A stretch of DNA of 64,000 nucleotides from Lytechinus pictus (taxonomy: Eukaryota): assembly GCF_037042905.1 (NCBI RefSeq), contig NC_087245.1:21018001-21082000 (forward strand). The letters are read 5' to 3'. A model generated the notes under the pieces. The model searched no databases. It was given only the letters and a program-made list of their open reading frames with translations, and was not told the origin of the DNA. Positions 39,141 to 53,000 of the stretch are shown in pieces. Positions within the stretch are counted from its first letter, which is position 1, and each line of letters opens with the position of its first letter. The position numbers and the translations under genes are program-made.

Positions 39141-40569
39141 TACCTATTCCTGCTGAAAGAATTTCCCTGAAAATTGTTTAATTGATTGGATTCTTCGATT
39201 TATTTTGAGCAGTATGCAAATAGAATTATTTAGTGCAACATTTCCCTTTTAAAAATAAAGTAGTGCTCATTCTCAGAAAGTTTTATTAAAGTGAACTTTT
39301 AAAGTCTAAAAATTTAGTTGTAGGTCACTTTAGTCTTGCATTTGATATCCATTCAAATGACAAACACATTCCAATTGTTTGGTCATATCCTTATTCATTT
39401 CTACCCACATCTACTCTAGATATGAAAACATAGATATGTTTTTTCTCATTGTTCAGAGAAAGAAGTGCATAAGTGCTTTGAAAGTGATATGAATTTAATG
39501 TAAAAGCTTTCTGATCAAATTATGGTGAAATTTATCTTACTTTGAAATCAAATAGATATTCACCTCATTCAACACCATGCATTACAGATTGCTATGAAAC
39601 AGCACTGAACTTCCTGTATGAAAGTGAGCAAAGATCTTTTTTCATAATCTGATTTTTTTGTTAATGAAAATCAATCTAATATTATACATTTTTCATGTTG
39701 AAGCATGCATTTCTTAATCTATTTCACCTTAGCACTGTAAAGTATCAAAGTTTAGAAAACATATATCCATAATTATCCATGTCAGTTTACTGTTTTGAAA
39801 TGTTAAGTGATGACACCAATTATGAAATTTTATTAAAAAAAGTATTTAAAAAATTGTAATAATCTTAATTTGTGAACATTTATGACATAGCGATTTGTCT
39901 AATTTTGTTTCAATCTTTCATTAGATTTGCTAACTATTTGGCTAATACTGATAAATCAAACTCAATTCAACCATTAACATTATTTTTGTTTCCAAGCTTA
40001 CAATACTGTTTTATTATCTTTTAATGAATTTCATTTGTCCTCAAAATATGTTAACCTTGAGAAGGCCTTGGATATCATATTATGTCAAATGGGAGGAGTC
40101 ATTATACTAATGATTATTATTACTATTATAGTGATCATTGATGATAGCAATTAATATCTTTGAAATGAATTGTGTTAATGCCATTAATACATTTTTTTTG
40201 CAATTTCAGGTAAATGAGATATATCTTCAATTTATCATTTCCGTTGAGGATAATTTGACAAAAGGAGGGGGATATTGCCTTTTTTGCTTGACTTCATATT
40301 GCCATAATGATAATCATCTCCACTCAGCAGGTAACTCTTACTTGAACAAAATTTGCTCATGAGATTTTGATATTACACGTTTTGTTGTGTTGAGAGGGAA
40401 GAAAAGGTGAATCGCTCTACCGGGTATTGAAATATGGGGCGGCAGAAATTGAAGCCGTCTTTAAATTTCCATTTTTTGTATGCTCTGCTCATTAACGACT
40501 GCTCTCTCAAGTCGTGTAAGGAGGTGATGCTTTTAGCAATCGAGGCATTCATATTTTCATAATTCTATG

Positions 40570-40955
40570 CCTTCTCATCTCACTCTCTTTCTCTGTTTGT
40601 CACTTTTTTATAATTATTTTCTTCTCTCTTTGCTTCTCTGCATCCTGTGTCTTCTGCCTCTGACAGTCTCTTGCTCTCTCTCTCTCTCTTTCTCCTTTTC
40701 TCTCTCTTTCTATTTGTCTTCCTCTTCATTGTTTGCTTTAACTCTGCTATTACCTATGTTTCTGCCTTTTCAAGTTTCTCTGTCTATCTGGACCTTGTTT
40801 TTCTTTTTCTCACTTAATTCCCCCTTTCTCCCTCCCTCTTTCCCTTTCTCCCTTGATTTATCTATCTATCTATCTACCTTTTTATCTACCTATTTCTCTA
40901 TCTCCTATCTCCAACCTCTTGCCTCCTTCCTCCTCTCTTGTCATCTCTCCTCACC
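40570..40955 (+). repeat. CT-rich low-complexity tract with (TCTA)n
   Basis: ~390 nt of mainly C/T; (TCTA)4 at 40861. Confidence 0.85.
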
Positions 40956-43536
40956 TCCTTACCCTGGTATCTGTGTGTACCAGGTGGGAGGATACTAGCG
41001 CTGTCGTCCAAGTGAGAAGACGAGTGTGTCATCCTCAATCAGGACTGCATCATCTCACAGATGCGTGTTGAAGGAGAGAGTGGAAGACATTCACCATCTC
41101 TCATTCTGTAGGCAAGAGAAACTCACTTCATGTGTTGCTTGGCATTGCAATGCCGTGAACTGGCTCACTCGCAGTGGCATACACTGCATATTTTGGAGTT
41201 GCGATGCCTTTTTGGTGGTGGAACCGCCGATCTGAACCTCATTGTTCAGTGCATCTTTAAAAAATTTACACCTGTGCAGCAATCTGAAGCGTCTTAAGGA
41301 ATCAATATATCTTCTCAAAGGATCACCTTTATAAATTCAGGAGCAAGGATAAAGATTTGGCTAGCAGCCGTGCTTCGAAATCAAAATATGTTATAATTGT
41401 GAGCTGACGTGGTCGATTTTTAATTATCTTTGGCATTTAAGTCATCTTTAAATGGTTGCAAACAGAAAGGGTCATGCCTGTAGGTTATTCTAATGCAGTG
41501 GAGTTAATGGAATCTTGTGCAGAGAGCTCAATCTTGATTCAAGGATCCAAAGATGTGTCTATTTTTGTTTGAAGTGTTTTCTTTTTCAACTGGAGAAAGA
41601 AACTGTTCCTTGTCTCTAAATTTGCTGATAAATCAGTATTTAATGAAGATATATTTTGATATTGCTGTTAGAGGTGGTCATCAATTGGAACATTGTCAGA
41701 GTATTCAACCATCAATTAATCTCTGAGTGTCGTTTGTCATCAAATCAGATCTTTCATTGGATTCTGTTATTTCAAGTTTTTAAAATTTATGATCAATCAC
41801 ATCTATGTGTGTAATCTGTTTTATACCTGTTGGAAAGGCTTCCAACAATTTGAGTTGCAGAGTTTTACATATTGTTGGTTTGTGGCAGTTGCACATGTTG
41901 CTGTGGTTGATACAGAAAGTCAAGTTGTGAGGTATATATACTTTCTGTCCTATTAACCCTGTTATTGGGTTTTTTCTTCAAAATAGTGAGATCATAGAAT
42001 AAACAAAAACATTACCTATTGAGTTAGATATTCAATTATTTTTCTTAGATCTAGCTACATTTTATTATCATAATTATATACTGCAAATGATAATAAAGAA
42101 ATATTTCCAAGGCAAATCAGATTATATGGAGGGTGAAGATAATGTGGGGAAATTATAAAAGTAAAGTTGATAATATTGAAGTGTCAAGTCATTGAAAATA
42201 TACTTTCTTTTGATGAAAATGATGTTAATTCACATTTTTATATGAATTTTAGGGGATACAATTGAATTAAAAACTAGGCATCTGACAATATTCCTGCACT
42301 ATTTTGAACTTGCTGAAAACTATGAATGGACTTGTAAGCACACCATCATGGTCATAGTGAGACATACACATGATTTTAAACGAAAGTTTAGTTCATATCT
42401 TACTCTAATGACTTTGAAGTTGGTTAGATTGTCAGGTTACAATGGAGCAATTTTTTCTTGATTTGTATTATTTTGACAAGTTTATTATTGAGTAATGTGT
42501 GAGATGGAAAAGCTTTGTTTCAATCAGCAGTAACCTGTTCCCCTAAGTATAGGTCCCAGTATACTGTTATGGGGAAACACAGCATTCAGAAGTCATTAAA
42601 TTGGCATATCTTTAAAATGCAATTTACTTGTATATCCATTTGATCCGAGGAGGATATAGAAAGAATTACTTTGTCACATGACCATGTATTGTGCACATTA
42701 TCCCCTACCTAGGTCTTCACCGAGCTCTCTATTTGGCTTGCTAAAGTTCATGGCTCTAGTGTTTCAATCTTGTCCTGGAGATTATAATCCAGCTTCTCAT
42801 TACGGGTAGAGTCGGATATATACATTCTTTATCAAGTTACCCCTCAAGTGGAGAGTAAACGGTACTATACACTCTACCCAATGCTTCTTGCCTATCTCGA
42901 TCAGTAACCCATGCTATGTTGCTTCAGTTTCTCATTTCTCTGCTTATTTAGAGCATCTCAAAGATGCATTTCTGAAAATGACCTTGATGCATTTGAATTT
43001 GGATAACAATCGTTACATATGTTATTTTTCTTATACCCATTTCAGTGATTTTTTCCCCTTTCTTATTTGCACCCCTTCTTTCACACACTCTCTCTCTTCT
43101 TTCCTCTTTCTCATCTCTTTCTTCCCCACTCTTCTTCTTTTCACCTATTCCCCATCCTCCTCTCTCCTTCCGTCTCCCCCCTCTCTCTCTTTCTCTCTCA
43201 CCCTCTCCTACCAAGCTACATGCAATACAAGAATAATATATAAGAATGATAATGAAAGTATTTTTTAATAATATTTTCCAAGTCCCATTCCTGAATTGTC
43301 TGAATAATTCATCATTAGGCATTTATGGATGCATACTGAATAGCCAAGCATTCATTCCTTCCGTCCAGCAATTTGCCCTGACTGTTCTCAATGGGACAGA
43401 ATGCATTTTGCATATATCAATTGGTGCTCTGCCTGTAAAGCCTTGGGCAAGGCCTTGTACCATGATCAAAAACAATATTTTTCAAGAATGAATGCATTAA
43501 TCTCAATTGCAAAACAGTGAGTAGTTATATTCCTTA

Positions 43537-43951
43537 AGGCTACCGCACACCTTACGATTGGTCTGCGACTCGATTTTGGAATAAAACGTAGTAGAATTTG
43601 ATGCCAATATTGAGACTTGGAATATCTTACTGTTTAATGTCCTAAATCATCGTACAAATACCTATGTTAAACTCTGTGACTATGCTATCATCCTTCTTAG
43701 AATAAAAGCAAATTAAATATGTAGTCGTAATGACGTCATAGCAGTCGTACGATTGGCTACGATTTGAAACTAATTTGGCCTTTACTCCAAAATAAAGGCT
43801 TACAATCTTTCAAAATGGTTATATTAGTATTCTTTCCATTAATTTTAACCTCAAATAAAATGATATGTTCCATTCACATTTTCAGAAAATGAGCAAAATG
43901 CGATTTGTTCCAAAATCGGATCGCGAACAGTCGTAAGGTGTGCGGTGGCCT
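43537..43951. mobile_element. PIF/Harbinger MITE
   Basis: TTA|AGGCTACCGCACACCTTACGA ... TCGTAAGGTGTGCGGTGGCCT|TTA; TIR extends imperfectly to ~45 bp; perfect TTA TSD. Confidence 0.92.
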
Positions 43952-44809
43952 TTACAGTGAGGATTCCAATTTTTCATAAAGATAACCATGTCATGCATGG
44001 TGTGTTTACTTAAGAAATTAGACAATGCATCTAAATTCCTGTGAATAAGTATTGCCTTTAGCAGAACTCTTTACTATCATGCCCAATCGAAAACAGTTTG
44101 TGGGTTTGTTTTTACTTTGATTTCAATAGATGTATCATGTGTGCAATGAATTTGGCATTTGTTTACCAGGTTGTTCTCTCACAGTTTTCATTGTTAATGA
44201 AATGTGACCTATTACCTCAAAATCACTCAATGGTGAGGAGCGACATATTAAATGAATACTGCACTTCATATTGTTTCTACTTTTTCTATGCTCAGCACTG
44301 AAATATGTATCCAAGGCCAGAAAATGTGTCCAAATATATACACCAACATGTTTTTATGTTCAAATCTTTCAGGTTCCCAGAAGTTTCCATTATACTTTTC
44401 AAATCACTGAAATCATTTTCCCTTTTTTCTTTTCATCTGACCCGGCCAAGCAGATCAAGATTTTTCATTGAATGGTCCCATACCTCGATTTCCTTGTTTG
44501 CTCAATATATTATTCTATAGGTCAAGATAAACATGAGTTGAAATAGGGCGCTGTATTTATTTTAGCTGCACTATTATGTAGATGACAAAGCGTGTCAATC
44601 TGATGTTTGCCAAATTGGTTCACAGTGACTCGGCCTGTGTGTGATCATTAAAATCCTGGTGTAATTCAAATTGGCAGCTTTCATTAGGTCTATAGACTGG
44701 TTCTACATCTAGTACCTGATATGAAGATTTCTACCTGTTGTTGTTTGGAGGTTAAATGATTATTTGGAGAGAACTTTTCTGAAGAAGTGAGAATTCATAC
44801 TGGTGACAG

Positions 44810-44884
44810 ATGTTTGGGTTTATCGCCCGAAACTTAGGCAAGGGCGACATGGGAGGCCAGAAAGAAGGAGATAAGGTCTTCATT
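44810..44884 (+). CDS. Possible alternative first coding exon (25 aa, MFGFIARNLGKGDMGGQKEGDKVFI; second in-frame ATG at 44849)
   Basis: Two in-frame ATGs, locally GC/CpG-rich, phase-0 donor ATT|GTAAGA. Confidence 0.35.
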
Positions 44885-47800
44885 GTAAGAATACTTTCAT
44901 TTTTTTCTGCGATAAAGAGTATTGGTATTTATAGTGACTATACATTATGTATGCCAGAGAGTATCATAGACCCGTTAGTCATGTAAAATCTTCAAGCTTT
45001 AAATATATGAATTGAAAATGTAAATAAAAAAATGAACATTTGTATACTTTAATGCATTTGTTTGGTCTCCATATACAAGAAGATAGAAGAAAATAGCTTT
45101 ATTGCTTAAGATATATGATAGTTATATGTCTAGTAAAATATTAAAAATTTATTTTTTTCTATTAATTCATTTTCCAAAATGTTAATTTAACATGCAGATA
45201 AGAATCAATGTGTACCCCTTCCAAATAGAAATACATGATATCTATACCCATTAAGTTCCACTGGTTTTTTCAGTCACTAACCTTGACAAATGGTAGAACA
45301 TTTCTCTCCAATACCTCTCACTTAGCATTTCCATAATTCTTTGATTTCTCTTTCTGATTCTACGAGTCATTAGTATCCATTATGTCTGTAAATGCTCCTG
45401 TTAGAGAGACTTATTTACATCATTAGAGAACATTCTTGTCTTTCGTTGATGGGATTTATAACTTGGCTTTCCTACTTCCAACATTCATTTTTTATCAAGC
45501 TTGTTAGATGTCCCCATTTCATGAAGACTGGCAATTATTATAATAATATTCCATTATGTTAACTACCAAGGAATCTGTGATTTTGATTGGCTGCTGAGCC
45601 CCTGTAACCATGGTAGTTTAAGGTCTTTTGTGAAAAGGGCTTTGCAATTTAAGATCGACCAAAATTGGTGGAGTCTCTTAAATTGTTACTGATTTGGCCA
45701 TTTGCTGTTATCCTCCAGTAATATCCCATCTTAATCTATATAGATCTCCCAGGGTTTTAGATTGAAATATTTATTATGTTTCTTCCCTCGTACATTTATA
45801 TAATCTTTAAAACTTGCCTCGCTCAGTAATATATTGTGCTCTGCATGAAAAAGATGCCAATAGGTTTTACATTTCTGTATAATATACTTCTTCTCTTTCC
45901 TCCTCTCTTTATTTTTACTTCCTATTTTATTTCTTCATTTTCTTTATCTTCTTTTTCATCATCTTATTGTTATTCAACTTTTTCTAATTCTTCTTCTTTG
46001 TCTTCTTCTAATAATAATAAAAATGATAATAATAATTATGTGATTTGAAAAATACCATTCTCTTTTTAAAAACCAGCTAGCTCTTGCATAATACTGAACA
46101 GTGAAATAGTTAATATTTTTATATCATTTTCCTGTTGACTTTTAATAGTGTAAAAGAACCACAAATTTTTGACAATTGCAATGCTACAGCGTCTCTCACT
46201 TTAGCTGTACGTGCTTTACATAATAGGTACTTTTATGTAGATGGAAAGGTATACAAACATCTTTTGTTTTTTCTTGTGCTTTGAACGTGCAACTGTAATT
46301 TGGTATTCATCATGGGGGATTCAAACTGTATATTGGATCCATTCTGACATCAAGATGTTGCCATGGTAATTCCTTTGTTCAGTATCACTGAATGAATGTC
46401 TTTGTTTGTAACACGTTTTAATCAATATCATAGCCTTTTATAATTGACAAAATGCTGAATATTATTGAACCTTCTTAATCCTTTTCAATCAAGCCATGCT
46501 ATTCTTTGATAGGCTCTTTCAAATCAAAATTGTACACAAATTTTAATAAAACTATATCAGTTTCAACTTTTTTCATTTTTTAGTTCAATAATGTTTTGGT
46601 TTTATTAGATTGCAAATTGGTTTGTTGTCCATTTTTATTTGCACTCACTATATTCATTTCATGATGATTTTTTTTCTACCTGAAGTCTGATTTATCAAAG
46701 ACTACAGATTACAGAACCACATCTGAATTTGACAAGTAAATCAAATTTTTCCCCTTTATATGCATTACCGGATTATACCGTCTAACTTCACTGAAGACAT
46801 CAAGTGGTTGGGCAGGGACATTGGGGACTGAAGTATTCAATCACTTCTCCTGCCATCGGGTGCCATGTACGACTTTGCTATGCAATGGCTTGCGTGATGA
46901 CTCCCTATGTATTTTAGTCTTTAATGTAATTGATTGAGAATGGAAGAAGACATTACTGGAATGGAACTCCCCCGAGTGTACTTCCTACATATGTTTTAAG
47001 AACTTGTTTAACTGACACAAATGGGCAAGCAAAGCTTCAGCATGTCTGAATGGGTTGATTTGAATTGTTTACAGACATTGATATGATTAATCTATCTCTC
47101 TGGGAGAGTTTTCACTTTCCTACTTACTTTGATTAAACTCTCTGACAAAAGAGACTAGAAGTATTGAACAATCCTGAAAAATTATTAAGTTGTATATTGA
47201 CATTAAAAATGCTAAATAAAAAATCTCTGTTCATCCATTTATTTTGTAAGTATGAAACAACATCGTTTCCATCCAGATTGCAGTACTTAACTGCAGTATG
47301 TTAGATATCCCCCCCCCCCCCCTGCACAAACAAACAGTTTGAGTCACTGTAAACTGCATTGTATTGGGTCTTGTGTGGCCTCGTTGTAATATAAATTTTG
47401 CAACATGTTATTAGATTTGCCTAGTCCTTACAACCCAATCTGTTTTTTTTTGTTATTGGATTAAAATATTTGATTTCCATTCATGCATGATGTAATTGCT
47501 TTGACAGAATCTGCAGCATTGCACGCTTTCTGGGTTTTCTCCATAGAATTATTCTGACTAGAGCTAAAGCAAATGCAATTTGTGAATGATTGATTTTAAC
47601 AATTTTTTATCTTTTTAAATTCATTTGATCATTGTCCAGTGTACATGAACTTTGTATACACAATTTTGTTGAAATCATGAAAAACTTCAGGCAAGCCTGT
47701 CTTGTACGATTAGAATTGCTATTTGAAAAAAGTTTTCCTCATCAAAACGAAATATATAAGAATTTGATTAAAATGAAAAAATTGAAATGAGAAATTCTGA

Positions 47801-48966
47801 CAAAATTTGATAAAAATTACAATGAAGATAATACTCAGTGAGCGGAGTCATGAAGATCTTCATGAAAATTAAACTGATGATGATATTCTGTTCGAAAAAG
47901 CAATAAAGTTCAACATGTCCCTATTTTATTGCCCACCGTTGATGAGCTTCTCTGCTATCCATCTTGGAAAGTTTAATAAAAAAAAGAGGCTTATATCCGA
48001 GTAGCTCTCATAAATTTTATGTCCTTTCAGAAGTAGCAGAAATATCAGTGTTTGTGGTTGTTATTTTCATACGTTTTGAGCTAAACATTTACACTATAAT
48101 AACGATTTATTTTATTTATTTTGGTATAAAAAACATTGCACATAGCAGCCTTACGGCTAAATTGCGTACAATTTACAAAAATGATTGATACATACAATAC
48201 ACATACAATAGTTGATAAAATATAAGATAGTGAAATAAGACATAAATAACTAAACTCTGATCTAGATTTAATGAATATTGGTAAAATCTTTCGATACAAA
48301 CCGATGTAAGCTTTTAAAGCCATCACCCTAGTCCTGTCAGGAAAGGGTGTTCTTTTTATCTATCAACCCTTTTATTTGCTATACCACAGAGACCACTACC
48401 CCTACACTGCCCACACCACTTAACATCATCTGATTAGAGATGTAATACAATCCAATAGAACCAAGATGTATCACCTCTTGGCATCTAGAAAGACACTAGA
48501 TATATCTTCAAACTTGATAGACAAGCTACAAACTTCCAGGTTCGAAAGATTTTATCACTTTTGAAGAAAAATTGCCTTTAAAACACTTTTACATTGGAGT
48601 TGAAAAGAATATTCCTTCTGCCTGAAATAGATATTATCAGTTTTTAGGTAGATAGGGGCAAGTCTTTCTCAAATAAAAAAGTTATGCTCATCCTTTGTCT
48701 TAAATATTATTTTACACTCATCATCCACTTATATGCAAAAAAAATATTATCCGCCTCTGCTTTAGTTAACTCCTTTTGACTTCAAACAGATCATATCAAA
48801 CTCTTAACTCTATGGAACATTTATTTAGCTCTATCTTGCAGTATAAGAGTCAGTGCCCTTCTGTATCCAACACTTTATTAAAGCATATTGGCTTTCTAAT
48901 TGGCCCTCTGCGTCTTGTTTTGATGTTGGTGTCGGCACCGCTGTTTTGGTCGGTGCTCTGTTTCAG

Positions 48967-48996
48967 GTGCGGCATTCAGATGGTCTTCGCCTTTTG
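48967..48996 (+). CDS. Candidate 30-nt frame-preserving cassette microexon (VRHSDGLRLL in phase 0)
   Basis: CTAAT branch-point motif at 48896-48900, ~80-nt AG-free U/G/C-rich tract, TTTCAG acceptor, 30 nt stop-free, weak donor TTG|GTGACA; downstream intron rich in TGCT/YCAY. Confidence 0.4.
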
Positions 48997-49534
48997 GTGA
49001 CATTCTATTCTTTCCTTTGATTTGCAAGCCGGTTCATCACTGTTCATTCTGCTAAGTAATGCTGGAGGCAATCGTGCGGCCTGTCTGTTTAAATCATCAG
49101 TCCCTCCTATTCTACTTTATGTACTCCTTTCTGGTTGTTCACATTTCTTTTCTTTTACGCATGGATGAGGGAAATGTACTGCTGTCATTTTTCCATGCCC
49201 TGCTTTCATAGTTGATGCTTGATGCATATTTATTCTATTTCTCTGCTTTTCATGGTTACCAGAATATTTAGATATTCAGTTATGTCTTGGACACTTGTTT
49301 AAGTATTGTCTAAAAATACAGTTTTTGATGGAATGTAAATAAGTAGTGAGAGGTATAATTAAATACTTTATTTGATAGATTATAATATTAAACATGTAAT
49401 TTTACTCAATGACTTTGCAGTGGTCACACTTTACACTTAGCAGCTAATCTTGATAAGATATGAAAGTAGTTAACAAAGTCTGCTTTTAGAACTAGATGGC
49501 CTTTAATCCAACATGATCAACATTATTGTTCCAG

Positions 49535-49745
49535 GGAGGTGTTTCACAAAAGATTTAGGTACGACTTAGAGTCGCACTTAAATGCTGATGCGTATATCTT
49601 ATACAATGCGCAATCTTATTGATTAATATGCAGTAGTGCGCGTATGGGCAAGATCTGACCAATGCGGTCATGTCTTTTATAACACGCACAACTAGGCATT
49701 TAAGTATGACTCTATGTCATACTTAAATCTTTAGGAAACACACCC
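49535..49745. mobile_element. MITE (Harbinger/Tourist-like), copy 2 of the 13206-13417 family
   Basis: Same TIRs and interior as 13206-13417, same orientation; flanks CAG/TAG. Confidence 0.88.
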
Positions 49746-50000
49746 TAGCTAATGGCAAGATAGATCCGAGACAGTGCTAAGATATTTTTTTTATCCTGAA
49801 GTCGGTTATATGCAATGAAGATGGTTTGCATCTAAATAAATTTTAACAAGAAGTACCTTAAACCAAGCTATGATCAACTCTGAGATTTAGATGACATTTA
49901 TTTAGTCTTTAAGAAACTACAATGTCCTGAAATATTCTTTAATTCAATTACACATTGATTGTCTCTGACCTCAAAGGATGCCTCCATCAAGATATTAGCG

Positions 50001-50014
50001 GTTATCATGGGAAC
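50001..50014. promoter_or_regulatory. RFX X-box motif GTTATCATGGGAAC
   Basis: Exact match to the GTHNYY-AT-RRNAAC consensus, at the start of a G-rich, CpG-containing block. Confidence 0.35.
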
Positions 50015-53000
50015 AGTCCGATTTGTTTGTCTTGGAATCAAAGAGCATCAGATGCTCTCCAGCGGTAATCACAACTGTGAACAGTACGGGGGTGGTTTGT
50101 TTTGAAAGGAAATGGGAGTAATTTTTTGTGTAATACAAGTATCCTATAAAGACTGGAGGCAAGGTTTTGGGGAGGGGTTTGTACTGATGTGCGCATGGGG
50201 GGTGTTACTGTAGGGATGAAAGGTAGAGTGGCTTTTGCGCGAGAGCTCTCAGGCGGAAGGATCAGTTGCTCACAATTTTGCATCAAGACGACATTGATCT
50301 AATCAAGATTCAGAGAAAATGCTGTTCGGATTAGATTTTCATATTCACTTGAGAAGAATCTGATTTTAGTCTCAACACCAAGAGGTTGCTTTATTTGGAG
50401 CGTTGAAAACACATCTAGGATGGAAATTTTCTCAGCAGCGTCATCCTTTGTATTCCAAGTGACGTTCTTCGAGCTCCCTTATGGATAATTCAAAGACTTT
50501 ACTGGCGGGTGGTGATGTTTTGTCTAAAAAGGAAACCTCCCAAAGGAAGCATGTGTTTGTTTTCTTTAAAGATTATTCAAAGCATGTTTCAAGTTATGGT
50601 AGACCGAAGGAATAACGATACACATATAGGGGTGTTGCTATAATCCGAGGCACTGCTGACGTATGAAAGGTCGATCATATTAATAATTTGAGCCTGCACC
50701 TGGGTTTAGCTGAAGCGGTGCTCAAATATGAATTTTATACATGATGTGTGCTTCAGTATTGCATCTTCGCAAGAGATGAAGGGATCTATGTAGTTTCATA
50801 ATGTTGAGAGCTTGAAGTGTGTAAGCTCTTTTTTACTGTTTGCAGATTCTCTCACCATCTAAGAGTAGAGTGTTATGAGATTTTAAAATTCTCAATTTGA
50901 ACTGGATATGATCTATTGTCCATGATGACTTAAAAAGAAGTGAAGTAAAAATTAATTCCCTCTACACGTAAATTATGTGCACCGATTAAATTGCAATTTT
51001 AAAACACTTACTGAATTGTTCAGTCTAAAATAAATTTCCATGTATCATCTGATGTTATTTTGTGTCAAGTATTAATGAAATTGATCTTTACCAGAAGAAA
51101 ATATCTTCAGTTATGATAAGAGTAGGTCAGGAATTTTCCCTTACTTATCAATCCAAGCCTTCCTTTCACTCTTGCATCTAATCTGTCTACAAATATATTC
51201 CTTATCTCCAGACATGATTTATTTTCAAAAGTCAAGAGTCTTTTATCTTTTTATAATATTGGTATTCATGATAAGCCTGTACCCTATGTGTAGAATGACA
51301 TAAACAATTCTTCAAGAAAGGGCTTAGGGGAATTGATAGAGAGACACCAATGTCTTCATGCGTGTCTCTGGGCTGCGTTCAATCAACATCTTTTTTAGAC
51401 TGTAGAACGTCATGGTATCCAAGTATATTTTCATCCATCGCAAAAGTCAGTGTCCTTCAAAGGACAAACATTAAATGCTGAAATATATTCCTTTTGAGCC
51501 AAAGTCGATAAAACTTGCTTGAAAGCAATGGCCGTCTCAGAAATGATTCCATGATGGGCCTTTTTACGGTTCAGACATGCATTGCGTGCACTTCAGCTGA
51601 GCTATACTGTTTGGCTTGAAATGAGAGATGATAAAAAGTTAATGAAAAAAATATCTTTAATGCTATCAAGCAGTGCCCATATTTTGTGCAAACTGGCATT
51701 GTGATTGTTTTATCATGTTTATAAATCTAGCTCAAGGAAAGTAATTGAACACACCATGGTCATCATGCATTGCCAATAGTTTGGGGCATCCATCTTGTGT
51801 TTTTGTTTTCATATCAATAAATTACTATCAATCTCCAATGAAGGATACTGTCACATTCAGAACCATAAGGAATTTATGTTTTCATATGATACAAATCTAA
51901 TGCCCTTTTAGCAGTGGTAAAGACCCTTGTCTTGATTTGTTTGAGTGTTTTCGGTCTGATGATTATTTCAGCTGTTTGTTCGAGGGTCAGCTCTTCAGAG
52001 ACATATCTGTGTTTTGCAGTGAAAGTGACATTTCATTTCATCCATGCCCTCAGGGTATCTCACACCGCAATCAGAAACCCTTCTTGAAATGGAATGTGTG
52101 GGACTATTAAATGATGTTTGTGTTCCGGCCAATGGCAAATGCACACAGGGTCAGTGAACTGTGACATTTAGGCAATTTTTAAACATCTAAGTATTACGTG
52201 TTCCTGATGATTCCTTTTCAAATTTTAGAGCTCCTCAAACCGTCCAATGAAAATTTAGTTTCATAATGGTATTTTGATTTTGGTTTATTCATTCATTCTT
52301 AGAACTCATTCTACATGAATAAATCAGAAAATCATGAAAATCCCTCTTTTGACAAAAATGATTAAAATAAAAAAGTTAATACATGATCTAAGTAAGATGT
52401 GAAATCATCTTTTTTCTGGATTTTAGGGTTGTTAACTACTCAAAGTAGTGAAATAATCAGGAATTGCTTGCAATTCATTGAAATAATTATAATTGTTCTT
52501 TTGGAAGAAGATATTGGAAGATTATTTGTAATAGACAGCAAAAGTTCTACAATCTGTAGTCTACTATCAACAAGTTTTATGTGCATCAAGAAACATGTAT
52601 CTCACCTTGAGCATACAAGACTTGTTCTGATTTAGCATTGATTAAAAACTTGTTTCTTATACATCTCGTTACTTCAACTTGAGTCCAAAGGGGGTGTTCC
52701 AGCAAGTAATATGGAATTTAAAGATTGATTATAAGATTGATGCAACAGCTGATGGGGGAATCAAAGAATATTTCAAATTATGAGATATGATATTGCAACA
52801 ATCCACAGACTTGCCAATAATGTCAATTAATTTTGCCTAATCCTTAAGTTTGTTTTAATTATCAACTAAAACCCATTTTTAAATAGTTTTAACAATGATG
52901 AAACACAGACAAGTTTTTATGATAAATTGCATCCATACCACGTAATAGGTAACATAATTTGCTACTCAGGGCATGAGGCAATTATTGCTTATTCCACGGA

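Noticed and set aside
40567-40998. Leu/Ser/Phe-rich or Arg/Glu-rich ORFs (also 5425, 19169, 23344, 42888, 58127)
   Set aside because: Translations of CT/GA low-complexity tracts, which lack stop codons by composition.
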